From contig NC_086097.1 of the NCBI RefSeq assembly GCF_963921235.1, positions 205,036,001 to 205,100,000 on the forward strand: a stretch of DNA of 64,000 nt. Direction: 5' to 3'. The position numbers and the translations under genes are program-made. Source of the stretch: Mobula hypostoma. Its lineage: Eukaryota. This document shows positions 63,744-64,000 of this stretch, one piece after another (the first letter of the stretch is position 1; every line of letters starts with the position of its first letter). Below the pieces are notes generated by a model that did no database searches, was not told the DNA's origin, and saw nothing but the letters and a program-made list of their open reading frames with translations.

Positions 63744-64000
63744 TGTAGATAACACAATGATGGTTATCCTTGGTATGATGTTGGGACTTTGTCTCTATTA
63801 GTTCTGTGGAGTTGCAATCTTTACTAATTACATCATGGATATATGTACCTGCAACAAAGAGATTTTTTTGTGGACAAGGTAAAATATTTCATGTTGGTTT
63901 CATTGCCATCTGCTGCTAATCTGCAGCTATATCCTTCAGCATTTGACAGTTCAATCATTAGCGGTGTTTCCAAGCCATTCTTGGTGATGGACATTGAAGT

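Noticed and set aside
58902..64000. Next SNTG1 exon (expected VQVLRNAG..)
   Set aside because: Not found by eye; presumably beyond the window.

Overview
Eukaryotic, repeat-dense vertebrate DNA. The mix of CR1, Rex1-like, Penelope and V-SINE repeats suggests a cartilaginous fish, probably a ray (inference). The only host gene I can support is the 5' coding part of gamma-1-syntrophin (SNTG1) on the + strand. It has six short coding exons (12268-12294, 41329-41463, 51398-51454, 58540-58597, 58690-58733, 58860-58901) with GT-AG borders and compatible phases. They splice to MDFRTTADE-TRTGICLLQDGSQEPFEVRLHLAKDILTIQEQDVICVSSENFYSS-ERTVTIRRQTIGGFGLSIK-GGAEHNIPVIISKISKEQR-ADLSGLLFIGDAILQ-INGINVKNCKHEEV (N-terminus plus most of the PDZ domain), and the gene continues beyond the window. 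The ORF track misses these exons; its long ORFs are transposon remnants or their antisense shadows. The introns hold CR1 and Rex1/Babar-like LINEs, a decayed Gypsy provirus with three nested insertions, a solo LTR, a young RTE with a probable non-autonomous partner, V-SINEs, Tc1 and hAT derivatives, and a possible Harbinger fossil. The most interesting signals are: (1) short Penelope-derived insertions carrying minimal hammerhead-ribozyme motifs, several as fold-back palindromes with target-site duplications (TSDs); (2) signs of DNA-level copying or homogenisation between inverted repeats; (3) an RTE LINE/SINE pair that may be horizontally acquired. I found no new multi-gene system. Family names come from motif recognition by eye, not database searches.
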